Assembly: GCA_951406725.2 (NCBI GenBank)
Contig: OX597836.1
Coordinates: forward strand, 31,620,001 to 31,684,000
Direction: 5' to 3'
Length of the DNA stretch: 64,000 bases
Source of the DNA: Octopus vulgaris
Lineage: Eukaryota
Below the pieces are notes generated by a model, which saw only the letters and a program-made list of their open reading frames with translations, was not told the DNA's origin and did no database searches. This document shows positions 28,080-40,757 of the stretch, piece by piece (the first letter of the stretch is position 1; every line of letters starts with the position of its first letter). The position numbers were made by a program, and so were the translations under genes.

Positions 28080-28930
28080 TTCCTATCATTAATATATATA
28101 ATCAAAATAAGCAACAAAGATATCCCAGGTAGTCTAGTACAATTGTTTCATGCTACTTCATTTTATTAAACACTGTAAGTATTACATCAGTTTTAAAATG
28201 TTGAGCAATCTTCAGCTACATATAGAATTTTTCAATTAAACTAACAATGCATATTCTTATACATTTGCCAACATTACAAAGAGGGTAGATATATAGACAG
28301 AGAAATTAATTTCATCATTAAGAACATGATGGTAGTATGTTCATTGTCCATCTGTACATTTTACCACTAAGTTCACTTTGTTATTTAGATCTATCAGTGG
28401 GGAGGGTTTTTTTTTTATTCTTGGTTGAATGGAGACAAACAATAATTTTTTTCTATTTATAGAAAGAGGAAAGGGTAGTACAAAAGTCAAAACCCTAAGT
28501 CCATCCTTATTTTGGTGAATTTAGTTTAGATATATTTGAATGTATTATAGCCAAAAAGCTACCTGTAAAGCAAAGCACTATTAAGTTAAAATATATGCTT
28601 TTCACTGTTCTTGGTTCTGTTAATGGCTTAGGTGTTCAGACGAGTATACTGGCACTGATGTAGCAGCATCCAAAATTTTTTCTTGGTGAATCTAGCTGAA
28701 GAGAACTAATCAAATTTATGCCGCCAAACGTATTTTAGAGAGTTTGAAACCTAGGTCCTAGATTATCCACATCTGGGTTGTACATTTATCTAATGTTCTT
28801 CCTACAGGTAAGATGAAATTATTTACGTTTGCTGCCTGCAAACATCTTTGTCAGTATATATACAGTGAAGCTTAATTATAGCATCGTATATTATTGACTG
28901 CTATTTTCAGTAAATATTGGTGCTTTGCTG
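28080..28930 (-). mobile_element. Highly decayed Penelope-like remnant ending in a hammerhead
   Basis: Stop-riddled, coding-like minus-strand sequence upstream of the 28135 motif, between (TA)/(TC) tracts; protein similarity is only impressionistic. Confidence 0.4.
28135..28220 (-). ncRNA. Type I hammerhead motif with a long stem II
   Basis: UAG-CUGAAGA-U-UGCU...(extended hairpin)...AGCA-U-GAAA-CAAUUG-UA^CUA. Confidence 0.68.
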
Positions 28931-28936
28931 TACCAC

Positions 28937-29004
<68 letters not shown>

Positions 29005-29090
29005 AGAATTCACGAAAAAACAAAAGACAAAGACAGGTGGTGTAGAAAACAAACAGATGTATTAGTATAACGCTCAGGAATTGAAAAAGT

Positions 29091-29126
29091 CTTTTACGTT
29101 TCGAGCCTACGCTCTTCTACAGAAAG
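29091..29126 (-). ncRNA. Minimal hammerhead-like motif (A6U variant)
   Basis: CUUU-CUGUAGA-A-GAGC guag GCUC-GAAA-CG-UA^AAAG; all three stems pair. Confidence 0.55.
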
Positions 29127-29730
29127 GAACACAGAAAGAAATAATGAGAGAAAACAAGGGTGTGTAGTGGCTACCGATCTATCATATATATAGTGTGCGC
29201 GTGTGCATGTTGGAGATTGCTAAAGCAAGTGTAGCATAATCACAAAATAGTGCACAGATCAATCCAAAGCTTAAAATTCCAACACCTTCATCTGATCAAA
29301 GCGATGGGCAGATAAAATAGGAAAAACTAGCTCTGACTAATTTATAAATTTGTGATGTTTAGATTTGTTATTCAGAAGGCTTATCACATGAAAGATTTTT
29401 CAATGATATAAACATAACCAAACTGCTTGATTTTTTAACTTTTTTTTTCTTCGGGAATTTGTTTTGAAAGCATTTTAATCTGAAACTGTGTGTTGAAATC
29501 AATATTGTTATATTTTAGCAATCACATTAATGCCTATGAACACACTAACTGGATGATGTTTCTTGTTTCGGTTATAGTTTCCTGGAAATTTTCATCACAC
29601 TTTTCCTGTGACCTTTTCAATGGGTTTAGATTTTCAAATGATTTTCATTTACCACCTGATTTTCATTCTATGTTATGCTGCTGTCTCTATGGTAGATGTG
29701 TGAATTGTTGGCATATTATTATTTTGGCTT

Positions 29731-30124
<394 letters not shown>

Positions 30125-31348
30125 GTATGTGTCTGTGTGTATTTATTTATTTAATTTGTGTCCATTTTGTTGTTAACATATCATGTGTGTGTTTGCAAAT
30201 GTGAAGTTGGCTTTAGCAGGTTTTAAACTTATAGGTGCAGGAGTGGCTGTGGGGTAAGTAGCTTACTTACGAACTACATGGTTCCGGGTTCAGTCCCACT
30301 GTGTGGCACCTTGGGCAAGTGTCTTCCACTATTGCCTTGGGCCGACCAAAGCCTTGTGAGTGGATTTGGTAGATGGAAGCTGAAAAGAAGCCTGTCGTCT
30401 GTATGTATATGTATATATATGTGTGTCTGTGATTGTCCCCCCAACATCACTTGATAACCAATGCTGGTGTGTTTACGTCCCCGTAACTTAGCGGTTCGGC
30501 AAAAGAGACCGATAGAATAAATACTAGGCTTACAAAGAATAAGTCCTGGGGTCGATTTGATTTGGCTAAAGGTGGTGCATCGGTTGTCAAGTGATGTTGG
30601 GGGGACAAACACGGACACACAAATGTACATGCACACACATCATCATCATCATCATCATTTAGCGTCCGCTTTCCATGCTAGCATGGGTTGGACGGTTCAA
30701 CTGGGGTCTGTGAAGCTGGAAGGCTTCGTCAGGCCCAGTCAGATCTGGCAGTGTTTCTACGGCTGGATGCCCTTCCTAACGCCAACCACTCCGTGAGTGT
30801 AGTGGGTGCTTTTTACGTGCCACCTGCACAGGTGCCAGACAGAGCTGGCAAACGGCCACGAACGGACGGTGCTTTTACGTGTCACCGGCACGGGGCCAGG
30901 CGATGCTGGCAACGGACACGAACGGATGGTACTTACATATATATATACATATATATTATTATTATTATATACATATGCATATTCTAATTTGTAATTTCAT
31001 TTTCCTTTGCTAGTATAGACAAAGTGATTCTGCAGATTACCAGCCCAGGATAAACTCTACAAGCATGATAGCACTGTCAACCAGGTTTCCCCAGCTGGTG
31101 GGACGAAACCATTGTGTATGCACTTGTTTGTGTCTGAAGATTACAGACGTTTAGAATTATGTAACTATAATTGTTATATGTGAGATCTAGCTCTCAGACT
31201 TTTAAACAGCAAGAATTATCTCTGACAATTCTTTTTACCATTTTGCTATTGAACTTATCTTTCTTTTGATGTATCGTGATTTTTCACAGCATTTATCACT
31301 TTACATTTTTCATTTTTTTGAGATTGTTATTTATTATTATTATTATTA

Positions 31349-33270
31349 CTTTTTTTTTTTCTTCTTTCAAATTTGCTTCCATTTCTTGCCGAGTGTCTTC
31401 CCGACTCCTAGGGCAAAGAAACTCATAGTATACATTGGTAGGCCATTCAACCAAACTCAGTAGTTCGTTCATCTTTTTAAATCTTTAAAATTTTTTAAAG
31501 TTAAATTAAAATACATGAGCAGCAACAGTTCTCACATCGACAATGCTCTTCTCAATACGTGTGATGTACCAGTTAAGACAATCTTTTGCACTTCTTGCAG
31601 GGATGGTAAGCCAGGGATCATTCTCATATAATTTTCGGTTCCCTTCTTGATCATTCCTAGTGCTCCTACGATCACTGGTATTGTAACCGCCTTGAGATGC
31701 CACATTTTCTCAATTTCAATGAGTAGGTCTTTATATTTTCTGAGCTTGTCAAACTCTTTCGCTGAGATATTATGATCACAGGGGATGCTCATGTCGATCA
31801 ATAGTTACAGCCTCAGGGTGGTGATTATACCACTTGTCGGCAGTTTTGATATTGTAATGCCGACTTATTAGCCAGTGGAGATATTGGCCAACTCTGTCAT
31901 GTCTTAATTTATACTCTACTGGTGCTAAGACTTTACATCCAGAGATTAGATGGTCCACTGTTTCAATCATGTCGTTGCAGATTCGGCATTTTGGGTCTGC
32001 TCCATTTTTCATCACATTGGCCTGGTAGTTCCGGGTTAATAGGCTTTGATCTTGAGCAACCAGGATGAAACCTTCGCTCTCTGCTTTTAGCCCTGAGCTC
32101 CGTAGCCACTGATTGGTTTGCTTCTGGTCAACATCAGCTTGTTTGCTGCGGGTCACATATTTGCCGTGCAGAGGTTTCTCCTCCCACCTATCAGCCAATT
32201 GCTCGTGCGCTTTCTTCATTGCCATCATTTTCACCTTCTTTGCAACAATAGTTGCCGTACTTCCCTCGGGTTGTTCAGTTTGGGTATCCTGCACGAGATC
32301 AATAGCAAATTTTTTGCTTTCCTTTATGATAGAATGAAGCTTCTTTTGTCTCTCGTGATTTTCCACTAGCTTTAGCATCCAGTCATTCGATATTTCGAGA
32401 TATTTGGCCAGTCCAATTGTGGTTGTTTTGTAAGCTAGTTCAAATTGGATCAGGCCTCGACCTCCTTGGGCTCTGGGAAGGTAAAGGCGATCTACGTCTG
32501 CCTTTAGGTGGTGCATCCTATTACAACTCAGCAGCTTGCGTATTTTTCTATCTATATTCTTTACTTCACTCATATTCCAGTTCAACACATTGTAGCTATA
32601 AGTAACAACTGGAACTGCTAAGGAATTTATAGCTAGCACCTTGTTACGTGCATTTAGTTCAGATTTCAGGACTGCACGAACTCTCCTATAACATTCCTTC
32701 CTGATTTTCTCTTTCATGCTTGCATGCTGAATACCAGAGCCTTCATTTATCCCTAAATATTTGTATGTTTGTTCTTGCTCAAGCTCTCTTATGACTGTGC
32801 CAACATCTAACACGACTGAATTTGTGGTCTTCACTTTCCCTTTCTGGAAAGTGGCCTTGGCACACTTCTCAAGTCCAAACTCCATCCCGATGTCATCGCT
32901 GAATGCTTTCATGGTGCGCAATAGGCCTTCAAGTTCATTATTGTCTTTACCATAAAGTTTTAAGTCATCCATATAAAATAGATGGCTCATTTTTTTATTG
33001 GCAATTTTATACCCATACCCTGTTCTGTTTAATTCACTTGTAAGGGGTATTAGGGCTATGCAGAATATTAAAGGTGAAAGTGAGTCACCTTGAAAAATTC
33101 CACAGTTGATGTTTATATTTTCTGAGGCAAGTACTCCATTAGAGTGGTATAATTGGAGATTCGTATTCCACAACGACATATTGTGCTTCAGGAAGTTTGA
33201 AATCACAGGGGATATTTTGAAGATGTCCAGCGATCTCAAGATCCATGGATGTGGTATACTGTCGAAGGCT
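31349..33270 (-). mobile_element. 5'-truncated R4/Dong-type non-LTR retrotransposon (RT + CCHC + restriction-like endonuclease)
   Basis: AFDSIPH, GIFQGDSLSP, HLFYMDDLKLY, CRIC...DHLISGC, RHD, IDMSIP...K..KY.DL, IPVIVGALG; frameshifting deletion near 31800; flanked by (TAA)n on both sides. Confidence 0.93.
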
Positions 33271-33281
33271 ATTATTGTAGC

Positions 33282-33370
<89 letters not shown>

Positions 33371-33789
33371 TTAAGGTGGTGTGCTGGTAGAATCATTAGC
33401 AGGCTGGGCAAAATTTTTTGCGTCATTTAGTCCATCCTTGGTTTTTGAGTTCAAATTCTACCGAGGTAGACTTTGCCTTTCATCCTCTTGGTGTTGATAA
33501 AATAAGCACCAGTTGAGTACCGGGGTTGATGTAATCAACTTAACCCCACCCCAGAAGTTACTCTCTCTCTTTTACTTGTTTCAGTCAGTTGACTGTGGCC
33601 ATGCTGGAGCACCGCCTTTAGTCGAGCAACTCGACCCCAGGACTTATTCTTTGTAAGCCCAGTACTTATTCTATCGGTCTCTTTTGCTGAACCGCTAAGT
33701 GATGGGGACATAAACACAACAGCATCAGTTGTCAAGCAATGCTAGGAGGACAAACACAGACACACAAACACACACACATACACACACAT

Positions 33790-33836
<47 letters not shown>

Positions 33837-34012
33837 TACGACGGGCTTCTTTCAGTTTCCGTCTACCAAATCCCCTCACAAGGCTTTGGTCGGCCCAAGG
33901 CTATAGTAGAAGACACTTGTCCAAGATGCCACGCAGTGGGACTGAACCCGGAACCATGTAGTTGGTTAGCAAGCTGCTTACCACACAGCCACTCCTGCGC
34001 CTATATTGCTGA

Positions 34013-34049
<37 letters not shown>

Positions 34050-34301
34050 ATTCAGTAGCCTTATTTTTATAATGTGCTTTCACTGCACTACTGAGCACGT
34101 TTCTGTGTGCCTTGGGTATGTGCTGTGGTTTGCTGTGATGCTCTTATTTTTACTATATTGAAAGTGTTTTACGCAGCCTAGTAGTGTTATTTTCTGTATG
34201 TTATATATATTTATTAGTCCTGGTGATTTAGTTATGTATTTGTCTGAATATTTTTTTTATCACACCTAATGTGCCCACTATGATAGGAATTGTTTGTTTT
34301 T

Positions 34302-34308
<7 letters not shown>
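34050..34308 (-). mobile_element. R4/Dong-type 3' fragment
   Basis: IPIIVGTLGVIKK...IYNIQKITLLG-like translation with frameshifts; flanked by (TAA)n. Confidence 0.75.
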
Positions 34309-34348
<40 letters not shown>

Positions 34349-34394
34349 TATTGTTGTTGTTGTTGTTGTTGTTGTTGTTATTATTATTATTATT

Positions 34395-34620
34395 TATTGT
34401 CTTTGCCCAGCTACTAACACTGGGATGTACTACAGTGCCAGCTGTTCACTACCAGTGAACTAAAGTATCACCCTTTATTTTTCGAGCACCCTTCCGGAGT
34501 ATTCGAGCAGTTCCAAACAGTGCTGTTTTCTGCAAGTGCTCCACCATTATTGCAGCCCCTATTTGTTCTACGTACTTCTCGAGAATTTTACTCACTGTTC
34601 CCGGGGCTCAGGCAATTATT
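34395..34620 (-). mobile_element. R4/Dong-type 3' fragment, another family
   Basis: LEKYVEQIGAAIMVEHLQKTALFGTARILRK plus a 3' UTR; flanked by (TAA)n. Confidence 0.78.
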
Positions 34621-34643
34621 AGTACTACTACTAATTATTATTA

Positions 34644-34684
<41 letters not shown>

Positions 34685-36699
34685 ATTATTATTGTTATTA
34701 TTATTACTATTATTGAGATGAACTATTAAGAACAAATGCAATTTCTTTTGTATGAAATTTGAATCAATCGCACTAGTTTGGAATATCAATAATAAAACAA
34801 ATCGAAATTTTATATTATAAAAATTCTTTGAAAAAGACAGTAATATTACTGAATTACGTAAAACATTATGGACTGTAACGGTGTTGCTGAAAGATTTAGA
34901 ACATGACAAACCATACAACAGACACCATTACTCAAAGCCAGAGAACATCACGGTCTATTCTACAATATTCTGTGAGCTCTAATTAGCATCAGATTTACAA
35001 CGAAATCAATTTTGTAGTGAACACAAAATTCAAAGAGCTTATTAAACATGTATTATCATATCAAAAGAGTTTCTTAATGTAGATTATAACACCGTGTTAG
35101 AGATTGTTCAGCTAATTTTGTTTGATCAGAGTAGAAGGGAGATAAAACTGAAATAACTCCGTGTAATTATAAGTTTGTGATAATTTAGATGTATTACTGA
35201 GCAGGCTTTATCACATGGGAGATTTCCTATGATATAGCTTAACTACACTGTTTGACTTAATCAAATATTCTGATGTAACCAAATAGTTTGAAATTATCAA
35301 GAACTGAAAGAGAAATAGATCTAAATTAAACAGTACTAGTTCAATACCTGTCACTTTCTTGCTGGTAAAATTTTAAACTTTAACTATCTACTACTACTTC
35401 TTGTACTTGTGGTGACATTCACCCTGGGCGGGTTGAGTCGGCTTCTTCTACCATGGAAGAAGTTTCATGGGAATATGTGGATTTCACAAGTGGTCCCCAA
35501 CAATCCCACATCTAGAGATATCCTGTTTGCCACAGATTGTCCGCAGACGCATGGACAGAATGTCCGAGGAGCCGCCGGTTGCCAGAACAGACACTCTGAG
35601 GATTTTCACCAGTAAATACCACTCAGTGTCAGATCAATCTGCCTTGGGTGGCCCTACCAGGAACCGAAGTTCCCGACGACATAGCTCTGACACTACCCAT
35701 TGCCAGCGTCCCAACCACGGTGAGGAGGGGATTGAGTTTAGCATTGCGATTACTCTGTCAAATTTGATGTTTATTTATTCACATTGTTTTGAATTAACCG
35801 TGCATTATCTCATAGCCTTGAGACTTCAATGATGTGATTTTTTTAATTACTTGTTTCAGTCATTTGACTGTGGCCATGCTGGAGCATGGGAAATATTTTT
35901 ACAAGCAGTATTGCCACCCTCACAACAGTTTTCTGTTAGTAAGTGCTGAATTGAAAAATTCTAATATGGAAACAAACAATGCAGTATGTATTTTGTATTA
36001 TTGTATTGTTATCAATGTGTTAAATGATATATAAATATAGGAGCACTCTGATGGTTGCAATGACGAGGGTCCCAGCTGATACGATCAACAGAACAGCTTG
36101 CTCGTGAAATTAACGTGCAAGTGGTTGAGCATTCCACAGACACGTGTACCCTTAGCGTAGTTCTCAGGGAGATTCAGCGTGACACAGAGTGTGACAAAGC
36201 TGGCTCTTTGAAATTACAGGTACTACTCATTTTTGCCAGTTGAGTGGACTGGAGCAACGTGAAATAAAAGTGTCTTGCTCAAGGATACAATGTGCCACCG
36301 AGAATTGAACTCACGACCTTACAATCATGAGCCGAATGCCTCTAACCACTAAGCCACGCACCTTCACATGATATATAAATATAGATATTATATAAACATT
36401 ATTTAAGAGTAAATGCAAAGTTGATGATATAGATGTAGAAAATTAACTCAAGGCTTTGATTATTCATTGAACCATGGTTTATGTGTTTGTATATAATGAT
36501 GAATGAAAATTGAAATATTAAGTTTCTGTGTAATTTTGATTAAAATAAATATAAATAAACATAGACTAAAAAGTTTTATAAATATGCTCAAAGTATCTCA
36601 GAAAAAGACTTTGTAAATCATTTTATGTTCAATGAAAATAATTGAATAAAAATGGTTGAGAGCGGAGGGAGAGAGAGAATGTATGTGTGTGTGTGTGTA

Positions 36700-36744
<45 letters not shown>

Positions 36745-38091
36745 AATACAAGGAAAGAAACTGAAGACTAAAGTGATGGAGGAAAAATTATAAGGATAGA
36801 GAGAGACAAATAAGAATAAAAGCAGTAAAGAGGTGGAGAGGGAGAAAGAGAAAGAGCGCGAGAAAGAGAGAGAGAGAGGGGGGAAGGGAGAAAGATGTTA
36901 AAAGACACTATCTCACAGTGTAAGGTTTTTAACAAACAATCTCTTGCAGTGAATTTAGGTTTTTGATTGAGTCAAGTGGTTTGAGATCTTCAATAATAAA
37001 AGAAACCTAAAAACCACATTTTGATAAAAATATATGAAAATTAGAATTTTTAAGAATTATCTCTCTTTACTTGTTTTAGTCATTTGACTGTGACCATGCT
37101 GGAGCATCGCCTTTTTTTTTTTGTTAGACACTAGACTTTAATAATTACTTTCTTTCAGTAATCATTATAATATAAATTCATGATCAGGAATTCTTTCATG
37201 ACCTTTTATTTTAAATTGCACAATTGTTGTATATCAACAAATATTTATGGGGAAAATAACACACAAGCAACAAAACTGACTGTTTTACTGACAGAAGTTT
37301 TATCAAATTTGTTGCTGTTTTCATTATGTTTCTTTTTCTTCCATTCTTCCTATCTTTATTTTTCCTTTCATCACACAATATATTACTGTATTTGATAGTC
37401 AAATATTCATGGCTATTTAACAATTGAATATCTTTGAATATTAAGTGTGGCTTCTTCCAAATTACACATTGTGATAACACTGAGGTCACAAGACTTGAAT
37501 ATATCTCAATCTGCGGATAATATATGATAGTCACACAAACAGACAGACAGAAGAACAGAGAAACACAGCTCATATTTTAATATCGATTGGAAAAGTTATC
37601 AAAGGAGAGAAATTGTTCTTTTATCTATATTTTATTTTTAATAAATTTTGTGATTTATTTTTCTGTGAATTTAATACAGTTGTTTTGCAAAGTCAAATAC
37701 ATAATAACTGTTGGAATAAGTGTTTTTATAAACACACGTCCTAATAAAAGTCCATTGAGCTATGAAAAGAAAATCACGTATCCTAGTAGTAAATAAAATT
37801 TTCCACGGTACTCTATAAAAGAGATTTGGTTATTATCTCTATGTGATAGTAACTCCCTATTGAGTTAACATCAATCAGACTGTTGATATTGCTTAACTCA
37901 GGTTTAGTCCTGATGAAGCTGACCCTATGATCAAAAGCACTTAGTCTCTGGATGGATGGATGGATGGATGGAAGAATAGATAAATAGATAGATAGATTAA
38001 TAGACAGATGGATATGACAAACAGGAGATAAATAGATAGATAGATCAATAGAGAGATAGATAGATTGATAGATCAATAGATAGACGGATAG

Positions 38092-38165
<74 letters not shown>

Positions 38166-38468
38166 ATAGATAGATAGATAGATAGATAGATAGACAGATA
38201 GATAGATAGACAGACAGATAGATATGACAACCAGGAGATTTGGCATTTGTTTCTAGCAGGATATGAGACCTAATTAAGTTTTCTCTTGTTAACTTGCCCT
38301 CACATAGGCACAGGAGTGGTTGTGTGGTAAGAAGTTTGCTTCACAACCACATGGTTCCAGGTTCAGTCCCACTGCATGGCACCTTGGGCAAGTGTCTTCT
38401 ACTATAGCCTTGGGCCAACCAAAACCTTGTGAGGGGATTTGCTAGATGGACACTGAAAGAAGCCTGTC

Positions 38469-38545
<77 letters not shown>

Positions 38546-38895
38546 ATATATATGTATGTATGTGTGTGTGTGTGTGTTTGTCCCCCATCATCACTTGACA
38601 ACTGGTGTTGGTGTATTTATGTCTCTGTAACTTAGTGGTTTGGCAAAAAAAGACCGATGGAATAAGTACCAGGCTTAAAAAATAAGTACTAGAGTCCTGT
38701 CATTTGACTAAAATTTCAAGGCAGTGCCCCAGCCTGGCCACAGTCTAATGGCTGAAATAGATTAAAAGATAAAGAAAAAACGAAGATACTGAAATCATTA
38801 TGTATTATAATTAAGGGAGAGCAAAAGATGAATAAAAACTAAAACAGACACACACACAAACACAGACACTCACACACAGACACAGACACACACAT

Positions 38896-38930
<35 letters not shown>

Positions 38931-38985
38931 TATACACACAAATGCACACATTAAAAAACAGAGACTGTCAAATAAGCAAACTTAC

Positions 38986-39100
38986 ATGTAGGTTAGGGTT
39001 AGGTGTCTTGAAATATGCTGCAATAATATTTGGCTGTTTCTCTGGTGGAAGACTCAAATCATTTAGTATCATGTTCACCCCTTTAATGTAATCAATAGGA
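38986..39100 (-). CDS. ENPP-family exon (PDE domain)
   Basis: tttgtag|T...CAT|gtaagt; 115 nt, phase 2->0; PIDYIKGVNMILNDLSLPPEKQPNIIAAYFKTPNPNLH vs [27 protein letters not shown]. Confidence 0.88.
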
Positions 39101-39175
39101 CTACAAAGAAATTGAAATGATTGAGAAAAAAATAAGCTGAAATGCAAATGAATAACTGAGAAAGTCATACATATA

Positions 39176-39813
39176 CAGGTCGTTGTCGACTTATGACTTA
39201 TCTGACTTATGATTGATTAACTTTATGATGATTGGCATGTCAGCTCCCAGAAGCAATAATATGTAGTTTAGTTGAAATCTAATGGGTCTATTTCTGAGAA
39301 ATTAACCTGTCTATGGAAGTTGTCAGCTAATAAATGCTTATTCTAGGTTTGGTTTTTGATTGCCACTGTGGTTACCCCAAGTGTTGGACGAATATCTTGT
39401 TGTGGAGACATCGAGGCAACCTCGTATTTGTTTATTAGATGAATGCTTGAGACTCCAAACAAATAACACTGTTGTAGTATAATACATAATGCTGTGTGTG
39501 ACTTTTACCTGAGAATGTACTTTCAGAATGTAAAAATATAAAACAAAGCCAAGTAGGCCTATAGGCCGACTTACAACCAAATCGACTTATGACCAAATCG
39601 ACTTATGACCAAATCGACTTACGACCAAATCGACTTACGACCAAATCGACTTATGACCAAATCGACTTACGACCAAATCGACTTATGACCAAATCGACTT
39701 ACGACCAATTCGACTTACGACCAAATCGACTTATGACCAAATCGACTTGTGACCAAATCGACTTATGACCAGTTAGCCGGATCTGATTGTGGTTGTAAGT
39801 TAACGACGACCTG
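39176..39813. mobile_element. Tigger/pogo-like MITE with an internal 16-bp tandem array
   Basis: TA|CAGGTCGTTGTCGACTTATGAC ... GTTGTAAGTTAACGACGACCTG|TA; (accaaatcgacttaYg) about 12 times at 39576-39771. Confidence 0.85.
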
Positions 39814-40536
39814 TATTCTTCTTTGCCGTGAAGAAAGCTTAAGAATATGTGATAGAGAAAGATTAAGAAGATTACAAATATTCACATGTTGTTAGATAGA
39901 AATGGCAGAAAGGAACCATATCTAATGTGATAAATTGAATTAAAGAAAGTAAATTGAATTTAAATAAAAGCAATGTTTACCAAAACAATTTCATAAAAAA
40001 ACCTTAATCCTAAGCTTTAAGTAGAACAGACTCCTTAAAAGATTAATTTAAATACTGGCCCTCTTATCTGGCTTCTTGAAATCCACGAATTATGTGAAAT
40101 ACTGTGTGATATACTGTTATAGAGTACACTGTATTGAGTAAATAGACCCTGTTTTTAAAGTTTGTTAATTTGTATATGGTGAATTAAAAACAGCTTTGTC
40201 CTTTTCTTTTTTAAGTGGATTGATAAAGATTAAACATTCTCTGCTTCGGAATTACACTAACTTTTACCAGTATCTGTTTAATAAAATCATTTCTTCATTT
40301 AATTTTCATTCAATGAGAATTAAGCTGTATACGTGATACAGTATGATGTATGATAAGAATTTTAAATGGATTAATAGATATCAAACAGACCTTGTTTTAG
40401 AAGTGTATTAATTTGCGTTTGCATCTGTTAAATAAAATCCTGTTCTTTACTTTGCTTTATTTAATTTTTATCCAATAAGCATTATTCAATATACATGGTA
40501 CAGTATGATGTATATTAAGAATTTTAAGTGAATTAA

Positions 40537-40757
40537 CCCTTTCATTACTGTATTTATTTTGAGATACTCTATGTTTGTTTCAATTATTTTAAATATAACA
40601 AAGAATTTAGTAAAATAACTCAGTTATCATTAAGCTAGTGTTAGGAACATAAATTGTGACTAAGGTTTGGTGAAAGATTTTAATTCAAAACTTGTGAAAA
40701 CAAGACAATTTGTACTCAGAGCCAGAGCCGGTTTCAGGCAGGTTGGTAATGAAAGGG
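40537..40757. mobile_element. TTAA-specific (piggyBac-type) MITE family 1; other copies at ~47216-47445, 47590-47790, 57061-57270, 57309-57541
   Basis: TTAA|CCCTTTCATTAC...GTAATGAAAGGG|TTAA, ~220 bp, 5 copies in the window. Confidence 0.85.

Noticed and set aside
31128-31182. CUGAAGA with a UUACA/UGUAA stem
   Set aside because: The GAAA box is absent; at best a heavily decayed hammerhead.
37211-37573. 120-aa minus ORF with a possible acceptor near 37510
   Set aside because: No ENPP similarity and no clear donor; the flanking exons already join in phase.
37905-37945. CUGAUGA box
   Set aside because: No stem II/GAAA/UH arrangement follows.
38991-39003. Telomere-like GGTTAGGGTTAGG
   Set aside because: Only two units, and it is the antisense of the codons for PNPNL in an exon.
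39576-39771. CRISPR-like regular repeats
   Set aside because: Units abut with no spacers, lie inside a TIR element, and the DNA is eukaryotic.
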